In this document: positions 8,857 to 21,026 of the stretch, piece after piece
Layout: every line of letters begins with the position of its first letter
Numbering within the stretch: the stretch's first letter is position 1
Assembly: GCA_027494165.1 (NCBI GenBank)
Contig: JAOSJM010000008.1
Span: 10,217 to 74,216, forward strand
Source of the DNA: Acidimicrobiia bacterium
GTDB taxonomy: Bacteria; Actinomycetota; Acidimicrobiia; IMCC26256; JAOSJM01
Reading direction: 5' to 3'
DNA length: 64,000 nucleotides
Notes under the pieces: generated by a model
What the model was told of the DNA's origin: nothing
The model's input: the letters and a program-made list of their open reading frames with translations, nothing else
Databases searched by the model: none
Program-made: the position numbers and the translations under genes

Positions 8857-9308
8857 TCATCGCGAGCCGGCCGCGGTCTCGGGGTCCCCGGCCGCCCCGG
8901 CCCGGGGGTCACCGGCCTCGGGCCTGATGACGGCGTAGGAGCCGGCGGCGGTGGCCACGAGCCGGCCCCCGCGTCACGGACCTCCGAGTCGAGGTGGAGG
9001 ACGCGCCGACCCCGGTGCACGATGCGGGTCGTCCCGGTGACGTCCCCCTCGAGGACGGGACGCAGGAACCGGATCTGCACCTCGATGGTGACGCCGAGCT
9101 CCCCCTCCTCGAGGACGCTGCGGGTCGCGGCCCCCATGCCGGTGTCGACCAGCGTGAAGAGGGCGCCGCCGTGGACCACACCGTGCGGGTTGTGCTGGCT
9201 CGTACCGGCCGCCAGGCGCGCCACCGACCGGCCCGGCTCGGGCACGTCGATCGTGAGGCCCAGGAAGTCGGCCAGCGGGAACGTCGGGGACTCGAACACC
9301 GCCGCCAT
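8857..9308 (-). CDS. PaaI-family hotdog thioesterase; 1-nt deletion as sequenced
   Basis: MAAVFESPTFPLADFLGLTID..HNPHGVVHGGALFTLVDTGMGAA..VHRGRRVLHLDSEVRDAG, then the frame degenerates. Adding one base at the C5 run 8966-8970 gives GRLVATAAGSYAVIRPEAG.. and a stop at 8857. The length becomes a multiple of 3 only after that correction. Confidence 0.7.
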
Positions 9309-9349
9309 GCTACGGCCCCTCGACGGGAGGAGGCCCCGCCGGGTCCCGA

Positions 9350-10426
9350 TCAGTCCCGCGGCACGGGCTCACCGGTGACGGTCAGCGACCACACGGCCTC
9401 GGGGCCGACGTCACGGGGTCGACGGAGACGCACCCGCCGCCACGTCAGCGACTCGTCGTCGGCCAGCGCGGCGCGCACCGAGTCGGCGACGAGGATCGTG
9501 CCCGCGCGCGCCCCTTCGGCCAGGCGGCTGGCCACGTTGACGACAGGCCCGAAGCAGTCGCCCTCGCGGACCAGGACGGGGCCGGCCGCCAACCCCGCCT
9601 TGGCCTCGGGCAACACGTCGTCCTCGGCGGCCCGCCGGACCAGGTCGAGGGTGATCGTCACCCCGGCGGCCGGTTCCCCGGTCACGAACATCACCTCGTC
9701 GCCGATGGTCTTCACGACCCGGCCGCCGTGCTCGGCCACGGAGTCGTAGGCGAGCTCCTCGAACCTGGCGACGAGCGCGGTGAGGGCCTCGGGGTCGAGC
9801 CGGCGGCTGAGCGCGGTGTACCCGGAGAGATCGACGAAGCCGATACAGCGGATCGGGGCTCCGGCGCCCGCCGGCTCGCCGCCCGCCAGCTGTCGCCAGA
9901 GCGCGGCCCGGAGCTGGATCCGGTGGGCGAAGTCCACGAGCTCGGCCACGGTCGGCCAGTCGAAGGAGTCGACGGCGGCCAGGGCGAGCCCCTCGTCGTC
10001 CATCCCGGCCGCCCGCCCGTCCTGGAGCGCCCGGGCGATGCGGTCGGCCTCCATCTCGGCCAGGCGGGCCAGGCCGGCGCTGAGGATCCGGATCTGGGCG
10101 AGGAGGGACTCCTCGGGCTCGTCGCCGAAGGCGGCGGCCCCGTACCGCGCGCTGGTCAGCGTGGCCAGGGCCTCGACGTGGGCGTCGGAGAAGGCCGGCA
10201 GGTCCGGGGGCGTGTCGGGGAAGCCGAGGGCCCGCCAGATGCGCCGGGCGGTCGCGGGGTCGGCGCCGGCCAGGTGGGCCACGGCGTCGAGGTCGTGCGT
10301 GGGCCGGCCGGGCATGAGCATGCGGTCGAGGGTCAGCAACGGCAGCCAGCCCTCGCGCTCCGCCCGGGCGATCTCCTCCCGGTCGGCTCCCCGCAGGGCG
10401 AGGAACCCGCGCAGCCTCCGCTTCAC
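9350..10426 (-). CDS. Class III adenylate/guanylate cyclase with N-terminal helical domain
   Basis: 358 aa. The C-terminal half reads CIGFVDLSGYTALS..GRVVKTIGDEVMF..GPVVNVASRL, the cyclase homology domain motifs. Confidence 0.85.
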   Translation of the reverse strand: MKRRLRGFLALRGADREEIARAEREGWLPLLTLDRMLMPGRPTHDLDAVAHLAGADPATARRIWRALGFPDTPPDLPAFSDAHVEALATLTSARYGAAAFGDEPEESLLAQIRILSAGLARLAEMEADRIARALQDGRAAGMDDEGLALAAVDSFDWPTVAELVDFAHRIQLRAALWRQLAGGEPAGAGAPIRCIGFVDLSGYTALSRRLDPEALTALVARFEELAYDSVAEHGGRVVKTIGDEVMFVTGEPAAGVTITLDLVRRAAEDDVLPEAKAGLAAGPVLVREGDCFGPVVNVASRLAEGARAGTILVADSVRAALADDESLTWRRVRLRRPRDVGPEAVWSLTVTGEPVPRD

Positions 10427-10642
10427 TCGCGCACCTCCCGGAGCGCCCCGGTGTGCTCACCGGCCGTCCGGGACCCGGACCGCGCCGCGGCACCCGTGGC
10501 CCGCCGCCCGACCCGGCCCCGAGGGATGCTACCGGCCCCCCGTCACGCCTGACGGCCGTCCGGGTCACGCGGACGGCGCGGCGGCCGGAGGCGGCCCGTT
10601 CGCATCGGGACCGGCCCGACCGACTCGCTAGCCTGGCGCGCC

Positions 10643-12540
10643 GTGACCCCGGCCACCGACGTCGCGCCCGCCCCATCGGGGACCGGGCCGGCACCGAAGC
10701 GCCTCGCCCTCACCCGCATCCCGGCCCGCCTCCTCGCGCGCCGCCCGGTCCGGCTCGTCGCGCTCGGCGCCGGGTGCGTGCTGCTGGCCCTGGTGGTGGC
10801 GGCCCTCGGCGAGCGGCTCCTGTGGCACGGCAAGGTCCTCCCCGGGGTGGAGCTCCCCGGCCTCTCCCTCGCCGGGAAGAGCGAGGGTCGCGCCCTCGAT
10901 GAGGCCGAGGCCCTGGCCCGGACCCTGGAGACCCAGCCGGTACGGGCGCGAGCCGGCGACGTCGAGCTGTCCGTCGATCCCCACGTCATCGACCTCGACC
11001 TCGACGCCGCCGGGACGGTGCGCGACGCGCGGCGGGCCGGGAGGAAGGACGGACCCCCGGCCCAGCTCACCGGGGTGGTCCTGCGCCGGTTCCGGGCCGA
11101 CCGGGTGGACCTGCGGGTGTCCTTCGACGAGGAGCGTCTCGACGGCGTGCTCGACGCCTGGATCGCCCAGACCGCCCGGGGCGTGGAGGACGGCAGCCTC
11201 CACTTCGAGGGAGCCCGCGTCGTCGTCGTCCCGCCCGAGGCCGGGATCGGGATCGAGCGCGCTGAGGCGCGGCGGCGGCTGGTGGCCGCCCTCGAGCGGG
11301 CCGAGACCGGCGTGGTGGAGCTGCCGGTGGGGACCGTGGAGCCGGCGGTCGGGGAAGCCGAGGTGGAGCGGGTCGCGGCCGAGGCCCGCGACCTGCTCGC
11401 CGCGCCGGTGACCATCGCCGCGGACGGCACGACGATGACGCTCACGCCGGCGCAGCTCGCGGGGACGCTCACGATCACGGTCGAGGGATCGGAGCTGGTG
11501 CTCGGCATCGACGTCGAGCGTCTCCGGTCCACCCTGGGACCGGCCCTCGCGGCGATCGAGATCCCGCCGGTCGACGCGGGCTTCGCGGTCGAGGGCACGA
11601 CCGTGAGCGTGGTGCCGTCCGTCCCGGGCAAGCTCGTCGACCTCGAGTCGGCCGTCGAGGGCATCCTCGCCGGCCGGCGCTCGGTGACGGCGCGCCTCGA
11701 GGACGTCGAGCCCGAGCGGAACACGGCCTGGGCCGCGGGGCTGAACATCACCGAGCTGGTGTCGAGCTTCACGACCCACCACCCGTGCTGCCAGAGCCGG
11801 GTGACGAACATCCACCAGGCCGCGGACATCGTCGACGGCACGATCGTCGAGCCCGGCCAGGTCTTCTCCCTGAACGAGACGCTGGGGCCGCGCACCCCCG
11901 AGCGGGGGGTTCGTCAAGGGCGGCGCCTACTCGAAGGACGAGGGGTTCTTCGAGGACTACGGAGGCGGGGTGAGCCAGTTCACCACGACCTTCTTCAACG
12001 CCGTGTTCTTCGGTGGCTACAAGGACATCACCCACACGCCCCACTCCATCTACATCTCCCGCTATCCCATGGGCCGCGAGGCGACGTTGAACTGGGGGTC
12101 GATCGACCTCAAGTTCCAGAACGACTCGAGCTCGGGGATCCTCGTGCGCACGAGCTACACCAGCACCTCGGTCACCGTGTCGTTCTACGGGAACAAGGAG
12201 GGGCGGGTCGTCGAGGTCCCCGACCCGATCGTCCACGAGACGATCCCCCGGCGGTGGAGCACATCGACACCTACTTCCTGTACGAGGGCGAGGAGCTGGA
12301 GGTCGAGAAGGGGTACCCCGGCTACCGGGTGGAGGTGAACCGGATCATCAAGCGGCCGGGCCAGGAGGACCAGCGCGAGCGGTTCTTCACCCGCTACGAG
12401 ATGCTCCCCACCAAGATCGCCCGGGGGATCGTCCCGCCGACCACCACCACGACGACGCTGCCCCCGGGGGAACCGCCCCCCGACCCGTCCACGACGGTTC
12501 CTCCCACGACCACGGTGGCCCCTCCGCCGACCGGGGGTGA
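10643..12540 (+). CDS. VanW-family protein with N-terminal TM anchor; three 1-nt indels as sequenced
   Basis: The N-terminal part is in the 10643 frame. The conserved VanW core GFVKGGAYSKDEGFFEDYGGGVSQFTTTFFNAVFFGGYKDITHTPHSIYISRYPMGREATLNWGSIDLKFQND lies in the 11970 frame. The reading returns to the first frame for PAVEHIDTYFLYEGEELEVEKGYPGYRVEV. Shifts are at G6 11904-11909 and C5 12245-12249. The likely true stop TGA 12538-12540 is reached via the G5 run 12533-12537. Confidence 0.75.
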
Positions 12541-12549
12541 CGGAGGGGG

Positions 12550-13153
12550 TCAGGCTTCTCCGACGCGCAGGTCGACCCGGGCCGAGTACGGGTCCAGCTC
12601 CCGGAGCGCGGCCAGCATCCGCACCGACGCCATGTCGGCGGCGTCCCGGTCGATCGGGTCCGTGAGCGCGACGGTCACGACGAGCCCACCCTCCCGCCGC
12701 TGCACCGTGACCGCGCCCCCGACGCTCGAGGCCCCGGGCGTCCAGGGTGGCGTCCCACGCGGCCTGCGCCACCTCGCCGTGACGGCGGAGGGGCGCGGCG
12801 GCGGCCCGCTCGACGGCCCCGACCACGTCGCCGTCCTCGACGGCCTCGGCGGCCCAGTCCCCGTACGGGTTGAGGACCACCCGGCCGGCGACGACGAGGG
12901 GGACGTGCTGTCGGAGGGCGCAGACCACCCCGTCCTCGAGCGGCGTGGGTTGGGACCGTGGGTTGGCCCGGACGGTGACGGCCACGTCCACGCCCACCTC
13001 GCTCACGGGGCACCTGGTCTCACCGGCCAGCCCGAGGCAGGGGAAGGCGGGCCCGCCGTCGTGGCAGCGCAGCACCTCGTGGCCGGCCGCGCGGAGCTGG
13101 TCGATCACGGCGCCGGCCGTGCCCTCCTCGGCCTCCATCACCAGCACCTTCAT
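12550..13153 (-). CDS. Hypothetical protein (~200 aa); 1-nt insertion as sequenced
   Basis: MKVLVMEAEEGTAGAVIDQLRAAGHEVLRCHDGG..AAWDATLDARGLERRG, then a shift at the C5 run 12716-12720 to AVTVQRREGGLVVTVALTDPIDRDAADMASVRMLAALRELDPYSARVDLRVGEA-stop (12550). I recognise no family. Confidence 0.5.
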
Positions 13154-13374
13154 CGGTCACCCTCTCCCCACGGCCACGCCCGCAGGGTAGCGACCCGGTC
13201 CGGGAGGATCGCGATCGACAGGGCCGGCGTCGGCGCCCCGGCAGGCCGAGCGTCGGTCACGAGCACGGGAACCCCCGGGCGCGGGAGCGCCGACTCTAGG
13301 ATGGCGCCCGACCCAGACCGGAGGTGGTTCACGATGAGCACCCGACCCGCGGCGCCGGCGACGCCGGCAGGGCC

Positions 13375-13821
13375 GTGAGCGCCCGACGGATCGTCGTCGG
13401 GGTCGACGGCTCACCGGGCTCGGAGGCGGCGGTCCGCTGGTGCGTGGAGGCCGCCCCGGCCCTCGAGGCCGAGGTGGTCGTCGTCCACGCCGTCGATCTG
13501 CCGATCTACCCGGTCCCGCCCCTCGGCTTCGTGCTGCCCCCCCAGCTCGACGACGAGTGGCGGGCCCGGATCCACGAGACCCTCGAGGACGAGTGGTGCG
13601 CCCCGCTGCGGGAAGCGGGCATCCCCTACCGGGCGGTGCTCGTGGAGGGGAGCCCGGCCCGGGCCCTGCTCGACAGCGTGGAGACCGCCGAGGCCGACCT
13701 CGTGGTGGTGGGGCGGCGGGGCCGGGGTGGCCTCGCCGAGCTGCTGCTCGGCAGCGTGAGCCAGCACGTCGTCCACCACGCGACGGTCCCCGTGCTCGTC
13801 GTCCCGCCGCCGGCGCACTGA
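13375..13821 (+). CDS. Universal stress protein (UspA family)
   Basis: VSARRIVVGVDGSPGSEAAVRWCV..DLVVVGRRGRGGLAELLLGSVSQHVVHHATVPVLVV, with the USP ATP-binding G-x2-G-x9-G-S motif. The start is set at GTG 13375; the ORF opens at 13324. Confidence 0.85.
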   Translation: MSARRIVVGVDGSPGSEAAVRWCVEAAPALEAEVVVVHAVDLPIYPVPPLGFVLPPQLDDEWRARIHETLEDEWCAPLREAGIPYRAVLVEGSPARALLDSVETAEADLVVVGRRGRGGLAELLLGSVSQHVVHHATVPVLVVPPPAH

Positions 13822-13842
13822 TCGGGCCGGCGGGGGGCCGGC

Positions 13843-14500
13843 TCACTCCGGACGGCGGCCCCGCTCCTCGGCCAGGCGCGCGGCGTAGACCGCGGCCTGG
13901 GTCCGCCGCTCCATGCCGAGCTTGGCGAGCAGGTTCGAGACGTAGTTCTTCACGGTCTTCTCGGCGAGGTGCACCCGCTGGGCGATCTGCCGGTTGGTGA
14001 GCCCTCGGCGATGAGCTCGAGGATGCGGCGCTCCTGCTCGGTGAGGCGGGACAGGCGCTCGTCCTCCTGGGGACCCTCCCGGAGGCGCTCGAGGACGCTG
14101 CGAGTCACCGCGGGTCCAGCAGGGACTGGCCCGTGGCCACCCGCCGCACCGCGTCGACCAGGTCGGTGCCCCGGATCTGCTTGAGCACGTATCCGGCCGC
14201 GCCCGCCATGATCGCCTGGAACAGCGCCTCGTCGTCGGCGAACGAGGTGAGGATCAGGCACTGGATCTCGGGGTGGTCGTCACGGATCTCCCGGCAGACC
14301 GAGACGCCGTCGCCGTCGGGGAGACGGACGTCGAGCACGGCCACGTCGGGCCGGGTCGGGGGGATCCGGGCCAGGGCCTCGGCCGCGGAGGAGGCCTCGC
14401 CGACCACCTCGAGGTCGCCCTCGGCCTCGAGCAGCTCCCGCAGGCCTCGCCGGACGACCTCGTGGTCGTCGAGGAGGAAGACCCTGATGCTCTCGGGCAC
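13843..14500 (-). CDS. NarL/LuxR-family response regulator, DosR/DevR-like; two 1-nt deletions as sequenced
   Basis: GTG 14500 follows AAGGAG. The receiver reads [42 protein letters not shown]. The linker [26 protein letters not shown] and the [44 protein letters not shown] lie in two other frames. Junctions are at about 14108-14115 and 13998-14005. From memory, the segments closely resemble M. tuberculosis DevR. Confidence 0.8.
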
Positions 14501-14632
14501 CTCACGCTCCTTCGCGTCCAACCGACCGTCGCTCGCCCCGCGAGGCACGGTCGTGCGGGCTCCTCGGGACGGATGCCTGGCGACCGTCAGCCTACCCGTG
14601 GCACCGGCACGGCATCGACGAACCGGCGGTAC

Positions 14633-15070
14633 TCAGACGCTCCCGCCGGGAGGGCCGGACGCAGGGATCCGCCGGCCGGTGACGTGCTCGGCCGCGATGC
14701 GGATCCAGACCGGGCTGGCCCGGTGGATCCACGGACGGACCGGGAGCGCCCGGAGCTGCTCGATCCGCTCCGGGTCCCCGACCTGCTCGGCGGCGCCGCG
14801 GACGAGCACGCTCCAGCCGCCGTGGTACACGGTGTCCGTCTCGTCGATCTCGAAGGCCAGCACGGCGGCGACGGCCGCCGCCCGGGCGAGCGACGTGCCC
14901 ATCGCGGTCCGGAACACCACGGCGTCGTCGTCGAAGACGTAGTTCACCGGGAGGACGAGGGGGTACCCGCCCTCGACGAGGCCGACCCGACCCAGCCGGC
15001 GCTGGCGGAGCAGGCGGCGGCACTCCTCCGGGGAGAGCACCTCCTGACCGGTCTCGTCGACCTCGGACAC
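14633..15070 (-). CDS. Pyridoxamine 5'-phosphate oxidase-family (split-barrel flavin/F420-binding) protein
   Basis: 145 aa: LSPEECRRLLRQRRLGRVGLVEGGYPLVLPVNYVFDDDAVVFRT..WSVLVRG, the typical PPOX-like fold pattern. Confidence 0.85.
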   Translation of the reverse strand: MSEVDETGQEVLSPEECRRLLRQRRLGRVGLVEGGYPLVLPVNYVFDDDAVVFRTAMGTSLARAAAVAAVLAFEIDETDTVYHGGWSVLVRGAAEQVGDPERIEQLRALPVRPWIHRASPVWIRIAAEHVTGRRIPASGPPGGSV

Positions 15071-15259
15071 CGTCGCTCCGTTCCCGCGCGCCCGGCGGTG
15101 ACGCCATCGTCATCGTCCCGCGCGCGCGGCGCCACGACCAGTCTCCCAAGGGCCGACCCGATGGGGACCTTCGGCACTTCCGACCGCGGGCGCCGGGGGG
15201 ACGCTGGAGGGCAAGGACTCGACCGGCACGAGACGGGACGGAGGTGGGTGGATCCCGAC

Positions 15260-15721
15260 ATGTTCGTCCGGGACTTCGTCCACGTGGAGCGGCCCCTCGA
15301 CGAGGTTCGCGCGCGGCTGGTGTCCGAACCGGCGGTGCGGCTCCGGCCCCTCGCCCGGCGAGCGTACGACGAGTCGGAGGTGCTCCGGGGCCTCCTGGCC
15401 GGCACGGGCCACGCGCTGCCCCCGGGATCGAGCGAGGTGGAACTGGCGGTCGGCCCGGTCCGCCTCCGCGACGACGCCCTCGTGCTCCCGATGCTGTGGG
15501 GACCGGGAACCGACCACCCGCTCCTCCCGCCGATCGAGGCCGACCTCGAGGTGGCCCCGGTCGGGAGCGAGTGGACCCAGCTGACCCTCGTCGGGAACTA
15601 CACCAGGAGGCCGTCGGGCGCGCTCCGCCGTCGCGACGATCTGCTCCTCCACCGGGTGCTGGAGGCGAGCGTACGCTCGTTCCTCGTCGCCGTCGCCCGC
15701 TGGCTCGAGGAGGAAGCGTGA
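15260..15721 (+). CDS. Hypothetical protein (~153 aa)
   Basis: This is the protein-like tail of ORF 14273..15721 (MFVRDFVHVERPLDEVRARLVSEP..SVRSFLVAVARWLEEEA). Its stop overlaps the next gene's GTG as GTGA. The start is uncertain and I recognise no family. Confidence 0.5.
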   Translation: MFVRDFVHVERPLDEVRARLVSEPAVRLRPLARRAYDESEVLRGLLAGTGHALPPGSSEVELAVGPVRLRDDALVLPMLWGPGTDHPLLPPIEADLEVAPVGSEWTQLTLVGNYTRRPSGALRRRDDLLLHRVLEASVRSFLVAVARWLEEEA

Positions 15722-16182
15722 CCGAGGCCCCACGCCTGACGGTCGGGGATCTCCGGCTCCCGAGCCCGGTGGTCCTCTCCCGGAGCGCCTCGATCCGGGA
15801 CGCCGCCGAGGCCATGACGTACCAGCGGGTCTCGGCGGTGATCGTGCTGGGTGGCATCGGCACCGGCGCCCTGCTCACCGAGCACGACCTCGTCCGGTCC
15901 CTGGCCCTGGGGTGCGACGCCTCGACACCGGCCGCGAGCCTCGCCACGCCGAGCCCGCTCACGGTCACGCCCTCGACACCGGTCGTCGAGGCCGTCGAGA
16001 CGATGCTCCGTCACGGGGTGCGCCACCTGGTCGTGGGCGAGGTCGGCGGACGGACCCTCGCCGTGATGTCGCTCCGGCAGTCGGTGGCGGGCCTGCTCTC
16101 CTCGATCGAGGTTCCCGGCTGGCTCTCCGCGCTCCGGCTCGCCCTCCACGTGGAGTGGCACGAAGGCCGGCCGGGGGTCTGA
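15718..16182 (+). CDS. CBS-domain pair protein
   Basis: VTEAPRLTVGDLRLPSPVVLSRSASIRDAAEAMTYQRVSAVIVL..VVEAVETMLRHGVRHLVV. There are two CBS-like units, GGAGGA upstream of the start, and translational coupling to the preceding ORF. Confidence 0.8.
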   Translation: MTEAPRLTVGDLRLPSPVVLSRSASIRDAAEAMTYQRVSAVIVLGGIGTGALLTEHDLVRSLALGCDASTPAASLATPSPLTVTPSTPVVEAVETMLRHGVRHLVVGEVGGRTLAVMSLRQSVAGLLSSIEVPGWLSALRLALHVEWHEGRPGV

Positions 16183-16299
16183 GCCGGCCGGGAAGCGCGA
16201 CACACGCTGCGCGTCGCCACGCGATCTCCCCTGACCGGTTCGTGACCGGTCCCGGCGGCTCCGGGCGCGGGGTGATCCCGGCACCGAACCGCGCGCTCC

Positions 16300-17770
16300 G
16301 TGGGCTCAAGGTCCCCCCGAGAGGTGCCGATTCGGTCAGCGACCCCGAAGTCGTGGACCGAGACGCTCACCCTCCGCCATGGACCCAGCACGCCGACCTC
16401 CCCTCCCGGCCCCCGCCGACCCCGGCTGGTCGCGCTCTGCGTGACCATCGTCTCCCTGGCGATGCTCCTCCCCGCCGGGCCCGCCGGGGCGGGAGACGCC
16501 AGGGTCTTCGGCAGCGGCGACCCGCTCCCGGTCTCGCGACCCGTGGTGGGCATGGCGGCCACGCCCAGCGGGAACGGCTACTGGCTCGTCGCCAGCGACG
16601 GCGGGATCTTCTCCTTCGGCGACGCCACCTTCCACGGCAGCACCGGCAGCCTCCCCCTCAACCAGCCCATCGTCGGCATGGCCGCCACCCCCACCGGCCA
16701 CGGCTACTGGCTCGTCGCCAGCGACGGCGGGATCTTCTCCTTCGGCGACGCCACCTTCCACGGCAGCACCGGCAGCCTCCCCCTCAACCAGCCCATCGTC
16801 GGCATGGCCGCCACCCCCACCGGCCACGGCTACTGGCTCGTCGCCAGGGACGGCGGGATCTTCTCCTTCGGCGACGCCCCCTTCCACGGCAGCACCGGCA
16901 GCCTCCCCCTCAACCAGCCCATCGTCGGCATGGCCGCCACCCCCACCGGCCACGGCTACTGGCTCGTCGCCAGGGACGGCGGGATCTTCTCCTTCGGCGA
17001 CGCCACCTTCCACGGCAGCACCGGCAGCCTCCCCCTCAACCAGCCCATCGTCGGCATGGCTGCCAGCCCCACCGGGGGCGGCTACTGGTTCGTGGCCGCC
17101 GACGGCGGCGTCTTCACGTTCGGCGACGCGGTCTTCGACGGCTCGGCCGGCGGCTCCTGCCTGACCGGACCCGTCGTGGCGATGGCGACCGGCGCGACGA
17201 CCCGCGGCTACTGGATGGCGACGAGCACCGGGCAGATCCGGGCCTTCTCGCCCACGAGCGACCCGTCGACCGCGACGTGCCCGGTCGCGTCGCCCGCTCC
17301 GGTCCTCGGCAGCGCCCGAGAACAGGAGATCGCCCGGGACATGTTCGACCGGGTCAACGACGAGCGGGTCCGTCGCGGGTTGCCCGCCCTGGCCTGGGAC
17401 GACGGCCTCGCCGGGAGCGCCCGGAGCTGGAGCGAGGAGATGGCCGGCAGCGGGGCCTTCCGCCACAGCGACCTCAACCCGCTCCTCGTGCGGTTCACGG
17501 CCGCCGCCGAGAACATCGCCTACGGCCGCGGCGCGGTGACCTCGGGACGCATCCACGTGGCCTGGATGCAGTCCGACGGCCACCGCCGCAACATCCTCGC
17601 CCCGAACGTCGACGTGCTCGGGATCGGGGGTGGTCTGCGCGCCCGACGGGACCCTCTGGGCGACCCAGCAGTTCGGGCGGCTCCCGGGCTCCACCCGGCC
17701 GAGCGGTTTCGGCTCGGTCCCGCCGGTGAACCCGATCGCCCGGACCGACGAGGGCGCCCTGGCCTGCTAG
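16300..17770 (+). CDS. Secreted protein: signal peptide, six 42-aa GYW repeats (beta-propeller-like) and a C-terminal CAP/SCP (PR-1-like) domain; 1-nt insertion as sequenced
   Basis: Signal-like [24 protein letters not shown]. Five full repeats [42 protein letters not shown] plus one degenerate. The CAP domain reads ..[51 protein letters not shown]. After the G5 run 17626-17630 it continues in the other frame as [16 protein letters not shown]..-stop 17768-17770. The start is uncertain (GTG 16300, or ATG 16379 in another frame). Confidence 0.75.
16541..17169 (+). repeat. Tandem 126-bp coding repeats (5 units; the middle three differ by only a few bases)
   Basis: Unit starts are at 16541, 16666/16667, 16792, 16918 and 17044. 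Period 126 was read directly from the repeated string cccatcgtcggcatggccgccacccccaccggccacggctactgg... Confidence 0.85.
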
Positions 17771-17774
17771 CGGG

Positions 17775-18224
17775 TCAGGTCCGCTGGATCGGGATGCGGC
17801 GGGCCTCGGCGACCTCCTTCCTGATCGGGACCCGCACCTCGAGGATCCCGTCCCGGTAGGTGGCCTTCACGTCCTCCTCGCTGCACCCGGCGGGGAGCGG
17901 GACCGAGCGGGAGAAGCTCCCGTACTGGAACTCGCTGCGGTAGCGGCCCTTCTCCTCGACCTTCTCCTCCTCGCGCCGCTCGGCCCGGATCCTCAGCATC
18001 TGGTCCGAGACCTGGATCTCGACGTCCTTCTCCGGGTCGATGCCCGGCATCTCGGCCTTCACGACGAGCGTGTCGTCCTCGACGTACTCCTCGACCTTCA
18101 TCACCGGTGCCGCGGTCTCGAGGAAGCCCCTCCAGACGTCGGGCCACCGGGGCCAGTCGCTGAACCAGCGCCCGAACAGGTCGGGCCACTCGGACCGGGT
18201 GGGTGCCTTCTCGATCTCGGCCAC
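17775..18224 (-). CDS. Hsp20/alpha-crystallin small heat-shock protein
   Basis: ..[76 protein letters not shown] is an alpha-crystallin domain. The start is set at GTG 18224, 8 nt after GGAGG; the ORF opens at 18539. Confidence 0.85.
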   Translation of the reverse strand: MAEIEKAPTRSEWPDLFGRWFSDWPRWPDVWRGFLETAAPVMKVEEYVEDDTLVVKAEMPGIDPEKDVEIQVSDQMLRIRAERREEEKVEEKGRYRSEFQYGSFSRSVPLPAGCSEEDVKATYRDGILEVRVPIRKEVAEARRIPIQRT

Positions 18225-18312
18225 GGGAACCACCTCCCCCTCGCACCGCCTCCGCGTCTCGGCGGACGCGACCATCCTCCCGCGGGTCGCGCGCCGGAGC
18301 CAGGGAAGATCG

Positions 18313-20964
<2,652 letters not shown>

Positions 20965-21026
20965 CGGACCCCACGCTACGCCGGGCGGGCCCCCATCCCG
21001 GTGCCCTCGGTGCGTAGGCTCGGTGC

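Noticed and set aside
9350-10426. Cyclase-based anti-phage signalling (Pycsar/CBASS-like) for either cyclase gene
   Set aside because: There is no adjacent effector with a cNMP-binding, TIR or pore-forming TM domain in an operon. The neighbours are housekeeping-type genes on other strands. Both proteins look like ordinary class III signalling cyclases.
11904-12249. Programmed ribosomal frameshifting or genuine pseudogenes as the explanation for the interrupted genes
   Set aside because: No slippery heptamer or stimulatory structure pattern is shared between sites. Both +1 and -1 changes occur. The sites are plain G/C homopolymers. A tRNA is affected too. In VanW the most conserved core lies perfectly preserved in the wrong frame. 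Technical indels explain all of this more simply, but read data are needed to be sure.
13976-13984. Extra copy of the repeat-family core (CGCTGGGCG, reverse complement of CGCCCAGCG)
   Set aside because: It lies inside the response-regulator HTH coding region (IAQRV) and lacks the flanking GGTGYC/GACACCC arms. It is a coincidental 9-mer.
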